Source of the DNA: an uncultured virus (IMG/VR IMGVR_UViG_3300025122_005623)
Lineage: Duplodnaviria; Heunggongvirae; Uroviricota; Caudoviricetes
DNA length: 64,000 bases
Reading direction: 5' to 3' (one strand)
Virus record (IMG/VR): IMGVR_UViG_3300025122_005623
Below, piece after piece: positions 18,515-27,272 of the stretch; within the stretch, counting starts at the first letter, position 1; the number at the start of each line of letters is the position of its first letter. The position numbers were made by a program, and so were the translations under genes. The notes beneath the pieces were generated by a model, which was not told where the DNA came from, ran no database searches, and worked only from the letters and a program-made list of their open reading frames with translations.

Positions 18515-20040
18515 CCGAGGGCGCCCCGTCCTGTTACATTACCAACAGCCAGGGATGATCCCGAGTATGCTCCGGAGACGTTTAATGTTCCTTCTAAGAA
18601 AGAATCCCCAACAGCATGCAGTTGTGCGGAACCGGATATAACACCGTTGACTACTACCTCGGATGCTTCTAAAGTAATTCCGCCGGCGTCGGCTTGCAGC
18701 TTAATAGCTTCCGGATCGGTTCCTAAAGTCGAGCTAATTAGCAACTTTGCAGCGGTACCGCCAGCAGTACTGATATTAAGAGCGGCCGCATTATTATAGG
18801 AACTATCGATGCTAAGCGGCCCCGTGGCATCGATTGCCACGCCGCTGTCGGTCCCCCAAGCATTCAACGAGATTGCATCCGCTACAGTCTCAGTAGAAGC
18901 AATATGAACCGAGCCGGCGTCGTCGCCTACGACATTAGTGATGTTGATGTCGAGGCCCGCGGCTCCGGCTAGGTGTTTAATATTAAGATCGCCCTCGTGG
19001 GCCTCGATATTGAGGCCCGTTCCGGTAGATCTTAATAATGGTGCATGGAAAGAGGAGCCCGAAACAGTAAGAGAGGCTGACAAAGATCCCGCCACGCCGA
19101 CTTGACCAGCACCTACCACTCCTCCGGCACTAGCGGTAAGCCCAAGGTTTGCCGAAGAAGAAAGGTAGGAACCATAAAAAGCAGAGCCTGAGATATTTGA
19201 CGAGGCTATAACCGCTCCGGACAACGCAAGGGCGTGAACCCCGTCGACGAAACCATCAGTTCGAATAGCTATAGAATCGCCTACAATTATATTGGCAGAA
19301 GCCGTTATATCTGCGGATGCGCTAACGCTTTGCTTGGCATCGAGGAGTAGGGCCTGGGCCCCATTCCCGGAATACAGTTTGAGTACATGACCCGCTGTCG
19401 TGGTTCCGAAGGCGGCATATGCATTATTATAGTTCGACACCCAATAAGAATTTACATTATCAGTTGCAGAGCCAAGGGCTATGCCTGCTATTTTATCGTC
19501 TGGGCAGAGAAGGGTCAAACCGATTCGATCGTCGCTGGCAATAACTACATCATTATAGTAAGCGCTGGGCCCAGCGGCACAACCTTGGCCCACCTGAACG
19601 TGAAGGGAACCGGAGGGCAACAATGACCCGGAAAGCCCAATACCTACCCGCGCTTCATAAACAGCACCACCACTAGATGTCACCCAGAGAAGTGCCTTCG
19701 GCTGCGACTGGAGACTTACGCCAAGAGAGCCGGTTCTCTGATGTATATCGTCATTGGTATTGCCGAACTTAGTCGACCCGGTTACATCAATTTCAGAAAT
19801 ATGCTCAATATGATACCAGCTAGCTGAAATCCCACCGGATACCATCAAAGTGCCGGTTAGTACTAAAGTATAAGGGACATAATCGGGCTTGCCAGGGGGA
19901 CCCACAGAACCCGTCTGAAAGTAGAGATTATCACTACCGGTTATTTGGTTGTGATGATCAAGATACTGGATGGACCCCGTAGGACCGCTCCCCGTGGCAA
20001 AATCTTCGCACCCTACATATGCCCAGCCCGGAGTCGCCAT
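18220..20040 (-). CDS. Fibre-like virion protein with a conserved-looking fibre C-terminus
   Basis: GSTKFGNTNDDIHQRTGS, many [ST]GS repeats, C-terminal DLGAAGKRWANVYTGDLHL...WTVIEE. Confidence 0.7.
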   Translation of the reverse strand: MATPGWAYVGCEDFATGSGPTGSIQYLDHHNQITGSDNLYFQTGSVGPPGKPDYVPYTLVLTGTLMVSGGISASWYHIEHISEIDVTGSTKFGNTNDDIHQRTGSLGVSLQSQPKALLWVTSSGGAVYEARVGIGLSGSLLPSGSLHVQVGQGCAAGPSAYYNDVVIASDDRIGLTLLCPDDKIAGIALGSATDNVNSYWVSNYNNAYAAFGTTTAGHVLKLYSGNGAQALLLDAKQSVSASADITASANIIVGDSIAIRTDGFVDGVHALALSGAVIASSNISGSAFYGSYLSSSANLGLTASAGGVVGAGQVGVAGSLSASLTVSGSSFHAPLLRSTGTGLNIEAHEGDLNIKHLAGAAGLDINITNVVGDDAGSVHIASTETVADAISLNAWGTDSGVAIDATGPLSIDSSYNNAAALNISTAGGTAAKLLISSTLGTDPEAIKLQADAGGITLEASEVVVNGVISGSAQLHAVGDSFLEGTLNVSGAYSGSSLAVGNVTGRGALGAGDISGSSTLQVVGATILGSTLNVTGAVTVADNILPFDDNTQDLGAAGKRWANVYTGDLHLANERGDWTVIEEDEYLTIRNNKNGKRFRLLMEEVED

Positions 20041-20046
20041 GGCTGC

Positions 20047-20460
20047 CTAGACTCCTACTGAACCAGACCAGTTGCCTCCGTCGGGAGAAATGCCGGGATT
20101 ATTTATCTCAGTAACAGGAATTGACGTTAAGCCTGCTATAACATCGACATCTGTCGATCCACTTATCCAAATTGCTGATAACTTCATATCAAGACGGATG
20201 CTCCCCGAGGCGCCATAATGAAGTGAGAAAAACCTATTAGCAGGTTCCGTCCCATCGACACCATTCTCTGAAAACCCCACTTTTAGGGTGTTTCCCGCGT
20301 CATTGTTTTTTATAACAACCCAGTTGGTTACGGCCGGGAAAGCCACAGGGGCCAAAATAAGTTCCTCGTTGTTACAATTTACGCTTCCAGATACAAACGG
20401 TCTCCCCGCTACCTGATAGGAGCCTACGTTCTGAAGCCCGACTTTATAGTTAAATGGCAT
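20047..20460 (-). CDS. Small virion-associated hypothetical protein
   Basis: 137-aa beta-rich ORF (NVGSYQVAGRPFVSGS) heading the fibre cluster, with an ACTATTTA motif upstream. Confidence 0.6.
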   Translation of the reverse strand: MPFNYKVGLQNVGSYQVAGRPFVSGSVNCNNEELILAPVAFPAVTNWVVIKNNDAGNTLKVGFSENGVDGTEPANRFFSLHYGASGSIRLDMKLSAIWISGSTDVDVIAGLTSIPVTEINNPGISPDGGNWSGSVGV

Positions 20461-20501
20461 ATTCTTTTCTCCGCGCTATTCTAAATAGTATGAAGTTACA
20501 A

Positions 20502-20717
20502 CTATTTCCTCTTATTGTACTTTCTTTCAAAGCGCTCCTTTTCTCTCCGTGCTTTTTTCTGTTTGATCTTTCTTTTTACCGAGGGTTTTATATGATAAGA
20601 ACATCGTTCGCGATACCTTTCTAAAATGCCTTCGCGCTTCACTTTTTTGATAAATCTTCGGATTAATCTGTCTGAACCTTCATTATATCTCTGCTCTACT
20701 GTAACATTAACTGCCAC
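20502..20717 (-). CDS. rpsU: Phage-encoded 30S ribosomal protein bS21
   Basis: 71 aa and very basic. V.V...E..DRLIRRFIKKVKREGILERYRER..Y.IKPSVKRK fits the bS21 pattern (ALRRFKR...G...E.R.R..YEKPS..RK). GTG start with GAGGTG upstream. Confidence 0.85.
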   Translation of the reverse strand: MAVNVTVEQRYNEGSDRLIRRFIKKVKREGILERYRERCSYHIKPSVKRKIKQKKARREKERFERKYNKRK

Positions 20718-20726
20718 CTTACACCT

Positions 20727-21167
20727 CTACTTTCCTATATCCAAATGGGCTTTCCAATTTCTTCCCACTGTTCCAATCAAGCCACTAATGTCCACTCCTG
20801 GATCTGTAGGTGCTACGCCAGTGAGGGGGCCCTGCGCTGTGGTTTGGGCCCCGGGGGCCGTTCCGCCTGAAGCCATAGGCGTTGTTCCCTCAAATAAATT
20901 TACTCCGTTATAGGCTTCGTTGCCAATAGCATCTAGAAGTTTCTTCCGGTGCTCGTTGAGTTTTTGTTTTTGTTCTGCTACAGACCGTGCTGCCTGTTCT
21001 GGTTGCGACACCGTTGTCACGTTTCGAGTTTCAACGAGGGGCGCCTTACTGAGCCCGTGTGCTACTTCGGCCACCACTCCTGAAAGAACGCCATCTTCAA
21101 ATATCACCTCCTTGATACATTCTTTAATAAGAGGTTTGAGTAGTTTCTTTAATTCTGTTTTGTTCAT
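20727..21167 (-). CDS. Hypothetical head-module protein
   Basis: Start MNKTELKKLLKPLIKECIKEVIFE preferred over the ORF-track start at 21206; amphipathic helix and LxE sites. Confidence 0.65.
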   Translation of the reverse strand: MNKTELKKLLKPLIKECIKEVIFEDGVLSGVVAEVAHGLSKAPLVETRNVTTVSQPEQAARSVAEQKQKLNEHRKKLLDAIGNEAYNGVNLFEGTTPMASGGTAPGAQTTAQGPLTGVAPTDPGVDISGLIGTVGRNWKAHLDIGK

Positions 21168-21186
21168 TGGTTTCTCTATCTGTGAG

Positions 21187-22092
21187 TTATTCAGCAGCTT
21201 TAGCAAACGGGGGCTTCACATCAATCTGCCCCTTCTTCAATGGTTCTTCCCAGGTGACGCCGCCGGTCTGGGGCATGAAGTCGCGCGGGCCGGCGCCCTC
21301 CACGGGCTGCGATGTTTGTTGCATAGACTCAATGTTGGAATTAATAATTCTAATTAATCCGGCTTGCACCATTGCTACTTGCATTTGAGCACCCTCGTTA
21401 ACGTCGGCCTCTGGCGCGGCTTCCGGAGGGGAGGTGAGCATTTTCATAACGCCGCGGGATGCCGCAATTGTTTTATATGTCTCTACCGGTACAGCTTTCT
21501 TTATCCAGGCTGCAAGGCTGCGCTCATCTATCGTTAACAAATTAATTCCTTCCACACTTTGAACTGGAATCTTTCCGGTTTGCGCGCCGATCGACATTTG
21601 GACTGCCTTAAGAGCATTAAGGGGATCGAGTCCCTCAATTGTTACATTGACCGCGGTGATGGAGGCGTTCTTATTACAGGCATAAAGCTGAGACCAGCGG
21701 TGATGGCCGTCGATAATCCACTTCCCATTAAAAATAACAATGGGATCTCCCAGAGTAAAGGGCCCATTGCTAGAGACGTTTTGTATAAACCCCTTACCTT
21801 GCGTCTTCACTAAAGGAAACGCCAATGATTTATCAATATCAACTTCATTTTGAGTAGGTATAAGTTTTGCTACAGCGGGAGCGGCTTCCGAGAACCCGAA
21901 CACATCGTCGCTTGGGTCGCCGCCATCAGCCAAACCACTACTAATAAACTTTTGTACCTTTCGGTCCTTAATGTTATTGCCAAGCCACCCGACGAACTCA
22001 GTATATTCAGACCCTAAAAGCTTCTCCATATTAATGGAACCATCTTCTTGTTCGTTTAGATACCTGCGCCAGCCTTCCATTATTAACTTCAT
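21187..22092 (-). CDS. ParB/Sulfiredoxin-like domain protein with a possible capsid-targeting leader
   Basis: LIPTQ and PIVI..GKWIIDGHHRW ParB/Srx motifs; N-terminus MKLIMEGWRRYLNE. Confidence 0.7.
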   Translation of the reverse strand: MKLIMEGWRRYLNEQEDGSINMEKLLGSEYTEFVGWLGNNIKDRKVQKFISSGLADGGDPSDDVFGFSEAAPAVAKLIPTQNEVDIDKSLAFPLVKTQGKGFIQNVSSNGPFTLGDPIVIFNGKWIIDGHHRWSQLYACNKNASITAVNVTIEGLDPLNALKAVQMSIGAQTGKIPVQSVEGINLLTIDERSLAAWIKKAVPVETYKTIAASRGVMKMLTSPPEAAPEADVNEGAQMQVAMVQAGLIRIINSNIESMQQTSQPVEGAGPRDFMPQTGGVTWEEPLKKGQIDVKPPFAKAAE

Positions 22093-22094
22093 TT

Positions 22095-22697
22095 TTATTC
22101 TCTCAACACTTCATTTAAAGCACGGTTGATACGATCCGTTTTGGTAAACACTTCATTTATTCTGCTCTTGTTCTCTCGCATCATAAATGCGCCAGGTGTA
22201 GAGGGCTCTGAAACTATATCAAAACAAATTAATTGGAAGTCATCTTCAACTATAGTCTTGCCGGCGCTCTCCGTAACGGACCCAAGGCCCCTAGAAGAAA
22301 TTCCGATAGACACACCGGAGTCAACCAATGAACGTAGGATCTCTCCCGAAGGAGTGCCAAGTACTTTAGCCTTACCCATTACTTTATTGTCTTCCATCCA
22401 AATATCAGTTACCTGGTGAGAAACATTTCGTAAATTAATGACTGATTCTTCCGGATGATCCAGTTCACCAAGGGCTCGATTCTCCTTTACAAGCTTTTTA
22501 TAATTTTGTACTTCTCGTTCTAAAATCTTTTGAGGATAGACGCGACCGTTTCCGTTTTGAACTTCGGCCATTTGCAACATGCCCGAAAGCATCATGCCGC
22601 CGTCACTTACAAATTTCTTTTCTGCTTCAGTAAGCAAATCTTCACATACGTTACCGTCGCAAAGCTCATAATATTCTCGGAGAAGTACCTTCGCCAT
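22095..22697 (-). CDS. Prohead core protease (T4 gp21-like)
   Basis: NGNGRVYP, ALGELDHP, VSH, GISSRGLGS, FDIVSEPSTPGA. Confidence 0.95.
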   Translation of the reverse strand: MAKVLLREYYELCDGNVCEDLLTEAEKKFVSDGGMMLSGMLQMAEVQNGNGRVYPQKILEREVQNYKKLVKENRALGELDHPEESVINLRNVSHQVTDIWMEDNKVMGKAKVLGTPSGEILRSLVDSGVSIGISSRGLGSVTESAGKTIVEDDFQLICFDIVSEPSTPGAFMMRENKSRINEVFTKTDRINRALNEVLRE

Positions 22698-22698
22698 G

Positions 22699-23583
22699 TT
22701 ATTTCTTCCTTAAAGTCTTTCTCAATTCTTCTTCAATCATCTGTTTGAGTCGTGCACGAATGTCGGCTTCCTGAAGGGCTCCTTCACCCTCCGGTGGCAC
22801 ATCCTCCGGACCGCCCATCAACTGTTCAATGGCATTCTTTGCCACCTCTAGACCGGCAGCAAAAGCTTCCTCTGGGACTAGATCGCTGATATCATCCACA
22901 TGTAACTCCACGCCGGGGCCACTAATATCGATGGCATCACCCTCCTCTGCGTGGGGACAGCCTTCTTCGAGGCCTTCTTCTCGCTCTCTATCTCGCCTTC
23001 TCCTGTCTGCAGCGCGTTTTTTTCGTTCCTCTTCGGTGGTCGACGAAGGCACCACGGGGCCCTTTACTTTATAACCTTGATCCCTCTGGTGTTGGCGCTG
23101 CCAGCCTCCAGCATCGTCATCAGCCCACGACTCTTCAAGCTCGTAGGGATCTAATTCGCCTGGATCGGGCCGGCGGTACTGGGCGCGGTGCTGACCTTTC
23201 TCGATGCGACGTTCGTATTCTTCTCGGGACTCTCCCGGGCGCTTCCGGATGCTCCCCAAAACCGGCTCGGCTTCGTATGGGTGTGGTCTATTGCCCTCTA
23301 CGGACTCACCCGGCTCCCACGGCCAACCAGGATCTGACGGATCTGGGGGATCGAAATATCCTCTCTTCTCTTCCAGCTCTTCCACATCAACGTCTGGGTC
23401 TTCGAGTCCACGTACGTGTCTACGCTTGGACCTCGTCACCTTGGGCTCGAACTTGGCTAACTTGCGTTCCCACTCGGGGGGCTGCCCTCCCACACCAGGC
23501 TCCTTCTCCTTCTCGCCACGAGTTGCTGTCTCGTGCAAGAAGTATCTTGGATCAATTCTTTTTACATTTTTTCTACGTGCCAT
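22699..23583 (-). CDS. Highly charged low-complexity protein, probable internal head protein
   Basis: 294 aa, rich in E/R/P/G, punctuated by LHE/LEE/LQE; adjacent to the protease gene; GAGGA RBS. Confidence 0.6.
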   Translation of the reverse strand: MARRKNVKRIDPRYFLHETATRGEKEKEPGVGGQPPEWERKLAKFEPKVTRSKRRHVRGLEDPDVDVEELEEKRGYFDPPDPSDPGWPWEPGESVEGNRPHPYEAEPVLGSIRKRPGESREEYERRIEKGQHRAQYRRPDPGELDPYELEESWADDDAGGWQRQHQRDQGYKVKGPVVPSSTTEEERKKRAADRRRRDREREEGLEEGCPHAEEGDAIDISGPGVELHVDDISDLVPEEAFAAGLEVAKNAIEQLMGGPEDVPPEGEGALQEADIRARLKQMIEEELRKTLRKK

Positions 23584-23603
23584 TATATTATCCTCTTAAG
23601 CAG

Positions 23604-23654
23604 TCAACTGCCTTTGCAACATCGTCGTACTGGTTGTAACATCCATTTAGTCAT
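23604..23654 (-). CDS. 16-aa micro-ORF MTKWMLQPVRRCCKGS
   Basis: ATG at 23654 is preceded by GGAGGAGGAG, overlaps the upstream stop, and the ORF ends at TGA 23604-23606. Confidence 0.5.
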   Translation of the reverse strand: MTKWMLQPVRRCCKGS

Positions 23655-23979
23655 TTTTTACTCCTCCTCCTATTTGTATGCCGTCATCGCAGATAACCAC
23701 ATTTAAAGCATATGAAGTACCTGAACTTATGCATCCCAGCAAAAATCCAGTTACTAAGTTTTCACCATCAAATATAAATAGTTCTGTATGGCCATTAATA
23801 CCCCATAGAAATACGCCGACCCAAAATCCTATGCACATGGGGCATGAAAAGAAATAATGTTTAGGCCTAATACGATCTAAAATCTTTGAAAAACACAACA
23901 TTTGTGTGAGCCCGTACGCACATAAAATAAATAACAAAAGGCTTTCAAGGGTAGGCCACATTATGAAATGCGCCCCCAT
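23647..23979 (-). CDS. Small membrane protein with CxxC (DUF1360-like)
   Basis: Hydrophobic segments and FSCPMCIGFWVG motif; the start may be the later MWPT. Confidence 0.6.
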   Translation of the reverse strand: MGAHFIMWPTLESLLLFILCAYGLTQMLCFSKILDRIRPKHYFFSCPMCIGFWVGVFLWGINGHTELFIFDGENLVTGFLLGCISSGTSYALNVVICDDGIQIGGGVKND

Positions 23980-24485
23980 TACATCTTATAGCGAAGCGGG
24001 ATATAATAATACCCAGGCACCATCGCACCCTTCTCCGCCTCTTGAGGAACTTCTCCGAGTTCTGTAGAATCGCGGTCGGTAGGATCAACGAAATACTTCT
24101 CTAGATTCTTTTCATAGTTTTCAGCCGTCTTCATGGCATCTGCCTCTTCGGCAATAAACTCCGATATCACATAGACAGCGGCCTGGAGCCCGTTAGCATT
24201 TTTGCTTTCGGGAATCAACCCCTCAATGGAACTAAAAATATTTCCCCCCTGTATACTTGATCTCTCAACAATCCCCTTATCGGCTAAAAAATCAAAAAAT
24301 CGAGATTGCGTACCATAAGAATCTTCGACCGATTGGCTTTTGGGGAAGGTTAGTACTTTGCTACTCTCCGGAAGCAGCACAATATCAATCAAATCGTGAT
24401 CCATTATAAGAAGGTTCCCTTCTAATGTCCGGCGCGCTTTAAGCTCTACTTGCGCCTGCGGACCTCCAATATTAATATTAATCAT
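23979..24485 (-). CDS. Hypothetical protein (head module)
   Basis: 168-aa ORF overlapping both neighbours in a translationally coupled run. Confidence 0.65.
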   Translation of the reverse strand: MININIGGPQAQVELKARRTLEGNLLIMDHDLIDIVLLPESSKVLTFPKSQSVEDSYGTQSRFFDFLADKGIVERSSIQGGNIFSSIEGLIPESKNANGLQAAVYVISEFIAEEADAMKTAENYEKNLEKYFVDPTDRDSTELGEVPQEAEKGAMVPGYYYIPLRYKM

Positions 24486-25302
24486 CTGACTTGATCTCTT
24501 GTACTAGTTGTTGAATTTTTAATACTTTAGAAACCACTTCTTGACTAAGGGGGGTATCCTTAAACCCCTCCAGGAGCGCTAATACATGCTGAGTTTTTTC
24601 TATCATCTGCGTGTCGGATCCGACTTCTTCAGTTTTCAGTGATTCTCCCACGGCCTTTTTAAGGCGTCCCAGCTCCTCATTTAAATAAAGCTTTAATTCT
24701 ATTCCGTTGTCCGCAAAGGAAGCAATATATTTACCGAGTAATTCTTTTTGTTCCCGGAGGAGTACTGTATACTCTTCGTTAAACTTTTTAACAAAGGAGA
24801 TATAAACGATATTATCAATCGGCTGTAACTTGTTTTCTTCTACTATCTCCATCGAGTGCATAGCTTTAATCACAGTATCTTCATGTAAAACGCGTTGTTT
24901 AACGGGCGTGGCGGGATTAAAAATCGCGTCGATAGTAGCCAGAGACTTGAAGTTCGGGACGAAAGTATTCCACGCCGTCGAAGATAAAACTTTATTTATC
25001 TTATTAATAACACGAGTTTGGGAATCAAAAAGTGTTTTGCTGTCCAGTTGAGAATGAGCACGTCTTGTTTCGTGTAAGAGCTTCTCTGCCACGTGTAGTT
25101 CTAGGCCGTGTGTCTCCGCTAAAGTCGTATAATGCTCTAGAGATTTTCCTAAAATAACATGAGAACTAAAATGTTCTTTCAGGAGACTTGAAATAAATTT
25201 CTTTTGATGAAGATCTTTATCAATAATGGCTTGCGTTAACTGCTTGACCAGAGTTTCATACAAAAATGCAGTATTTCTTTTCTTATTGTGTTTGACTTTC
25301 AC
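24478..25302 (-). CDS. Hypothetical helical protein following the portal
   Basis: 274-aa ORF (MKVKHNKKRNTAFLYE) overlapping the portal stop. Confidence 0.7.
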   Translation of the reverse strand: MKVKHNKKRNTAFLYETLVKQLTQAIIDKDLHQKKFISSLLKEHFSSHVILGKSLEHYTTLAETHGLELHVAEKLLHETRRAHSQLDSKTLFDSQTRVINKINKVLSSTAWNTFVPNFKSLATIDAIFNPATPVKQRVLHEDTVIKAMHSMEIVEENKLQPIDNIVYISFVKKFNEEYTVLLREQKELLGKYIASFADNGIELKLYLNEELGRLKKAVGESLKTEEVGSDTQMIEKTQHVLALLEGFKDTPLSQEVVSKVLKIQQLVQEIKSDD

Positions 25303-27268
25303 TTGTTGTGATCTCCGCTTCTTTAGTCTCTAGTTCTGTTATCAGTGCACGAATTTCTCCGGTGGTCTCCAATAATTTAATCTCATCTTCATCTCTATAA
25401 GTAGGTTCATACTCCTCATAAAGTGAGTTCACATTCAAAAGCTCGTGGCCTGGAAACACATTACGCTTGGCGCTCCCGTGGCTAGGACGCAATTTTCGCG
25501 TTGTCGGGCCCTGCTTGTTGGTTTTGCGAGTATCATCTTTCTTACGATAATATTTTTTCCCTTTAGATTGAGGCTGCAAACTGGCGACTGTGGGATTATC
25601 TTCGCGTCTGGCGGGCGCGGCAAGCAACGAGCTTTCTTCACCGGCGCCTGCGGCACCTGGTTCAGCGCCTGGTTCGGCAGCGGGCTCTCCACCTAGCTCT
25701 CCACCTAGCTCTCCACCTAGTTCTCCACCTAGCTCTCCACCTAGTTCTCCACCTAGCTCGCCTCCTAGACCGCCGGCGGCGCCTTCGGCGGCTGCAGTTT
25801 CCGTAACGGCATCAAGCGCTGCCTGATATTTGCGATCATAAAATGCTTCACGTTGGTTTTGCAAAAACTCTTCATCGGTTAGATTAAGAATATTCTTAGC
25901 AATCCAGTGCTTGCTAAACATGCCCTCTACGACATTATTTGCAAGATCAAATTTGGTTCGCAAGTGTTCAATCTCTTGTAGCTCGGCGAGCTTGGAAGGA
26001 TTATTTAAGGCAAGCTTAAATGAAATTAAGTCCTGGCCGCGATAGCCCAGCGTAAACAAGTGAACCACTGCAATTTTTTCTAGCTCGGACATAAAAGCGC
26101 GCTGAAGCCTCTGGATAGTGCGGGCGAACCGAACATCCTTTTGTGCCAAAGTCGTCTTGTCTTCGTCACCGCCCTCTGTCATAGTTAGATAAGAATGAGG
26201 GATCTTGATCGCCGAGAAGAGTTTGTCACGAATATATTTTACATCGTCAATATCATTTAAACTAGCAGCGCCGGCGAGAGTGGTAATATCAGACCCAACT
26301 CCACCTCGCATTGGAACAAAATAATCTTCCTCAACGGATAAAGGATTATAACGTAAATCAACTCTACCAGTGTCGGGATTGACCAAGGCGTTTCGTTTCA
26401 GCGACGTCTTCACCTTTTCCATATATTGCTCTACATCTTGAGGCGGAATATTTCCTACATCAATTTTGAACACGCGTCGCTCGGGGGCCCGCACAACACG
26501 ATATGCTAGCATTGCATCTTCAATTAATACCAATTGGCGCCAAATTCGGCGTGCGGGATCTAGAACCGAAGTTCCATAAGGAGCGTGTTTGTCATTACCT
26601 AAAATTCTAAAATGTGCACACTGCCAGTTCTCAAATGTCATGTTCGCCGAATTCCACTGGTATTGAACATAATTAGGGTTCGTAGGATCTTGACCCTCTA
26701 GTCGTTCAACCTCTCCCGATGGCAATCCGATAACACTTTTAATTCCTAGCACTTCATCAATATCTAGGTATAAAAAGAAATCTCCATACTTACACATGGT
26801 GCGCGCCCAGCCAAATGCATTAAATTCAATGTTAAGGGCATCATAAAAAAGTGCTTCTAAAATAGTTTTAATCTCATCATTGCGGCAATCAATTTTAATA
26901 AGCTTGTTGAATTCGTTAGAGGTGGTCATTTCGTCCGCGTATATATCCATTGCAGATGCGATCTCTGGCATGTACTCCATTTGATCAAAATCGATATAAC
27001 GTTCATTACGGTTTTGATTCCGCATTGCTGCGGACGTCATCATATTATAATTGCGAGAAAGATTGTCAGCAGAGCGCTTAAACTGTTGGCCGCTGGCACT
27101 CTTAAAGTTGTATTGATACTTATCGAGGGCCGACCGACGTTCCTCGCGTGTAAACTGCGCGCGGTAGTTAATGAGAGGCCCGGAAAAGAGTCGAGTTAGC
27201 CTCTTGAAAAGGGGCGACGCCGGATTTCTGGGGTTATTCTTGTGGTCTGTTTTTTTATTGTCGGCCAT
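25283..27268 (-). CDS. Portal protein (T4 gp20-like)
   Basis: PEIASAMDIYADE, PYGTSVL, EDAMLAYR..RAPERRVFKIDVGN, EEDYFVP, ITTLAG, DVRFARTIQRLQ. Confidence 0.95.
   Translation of the reverse strand: MADNKKTDHKNNPRNPASPLFKRLTRLFSGPLINYRAQFTREERRSALDKYQYNFKSASGQQFKRSADNLSRNYNMMTSAAMRNQNRNERYIDFDQMEYMPEIASAMDIYADEMTTSNEFNKLIKIDCRNDEIKTILEALFYDALNIEFNAFGWARTMCKYGDFFLYLDIDEVLGIKSVIGLPSGEVERLEGQDPTNPNYVQYQWNSANMTFENWQCAHFRILGNDKHAPYGTSVLDPARRIWRQLVLIEDAMLAYRVVRAPERRVFKIDVGNIPPQDVEQYMEKVKTSLKRNALVNPDTGRVDLRYNPLSVEEDYFVPMRGGVGSDITTLAGAASLNDIDDVKYIRDKLFSAIKIPHSYLTMTEGGDEDKTTLAQKDVRFARTIQRLQRAFMSELEKIAVVHLFTLGYRGQDLISFKLALNNPSKLAELQEIEHLRTKFDLANNVVEGMFSKHWIAKNILNLTDEEFLQNQREAFYDRKYQAALDAVTETAAAEGAAGGLGGELGGELGGELGGELGGELGGELGGEPAAEPGAEPGAAGAGEESSLLAAPARREDNPTVASLQPQSKGKKYYRKKDDTRKTNKQGPTTRKLRPSHGSAKRNVFPGHELLNVNSLYEEYEPTYRDEDEIKLLETTGEIRALITELETKEAEITTSESQTQ
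25685..25768. repeat. 12-nt tandem repeat x7 encoding (LGGE)7 in the portal C-terminal tail
   Basis: (C/T)TCTCCACCTAG repeated six times plus one degenerate copy. Confidence 0.95.
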
Positions 27269-27272
27269 TTAT

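Noticed and set aside
20502..20717. Assigning a Bacteroidota host from the bS21 gene
   Set aside because: Nothing in the window identifies the host, and frequent strong SD sites do not fit a simple Bacteroidota assignment.
25685..25768. Tandem repeat as a possible CRISPR array
   Set aside because: 12-nt units without spacers, in frame within the portal gene.
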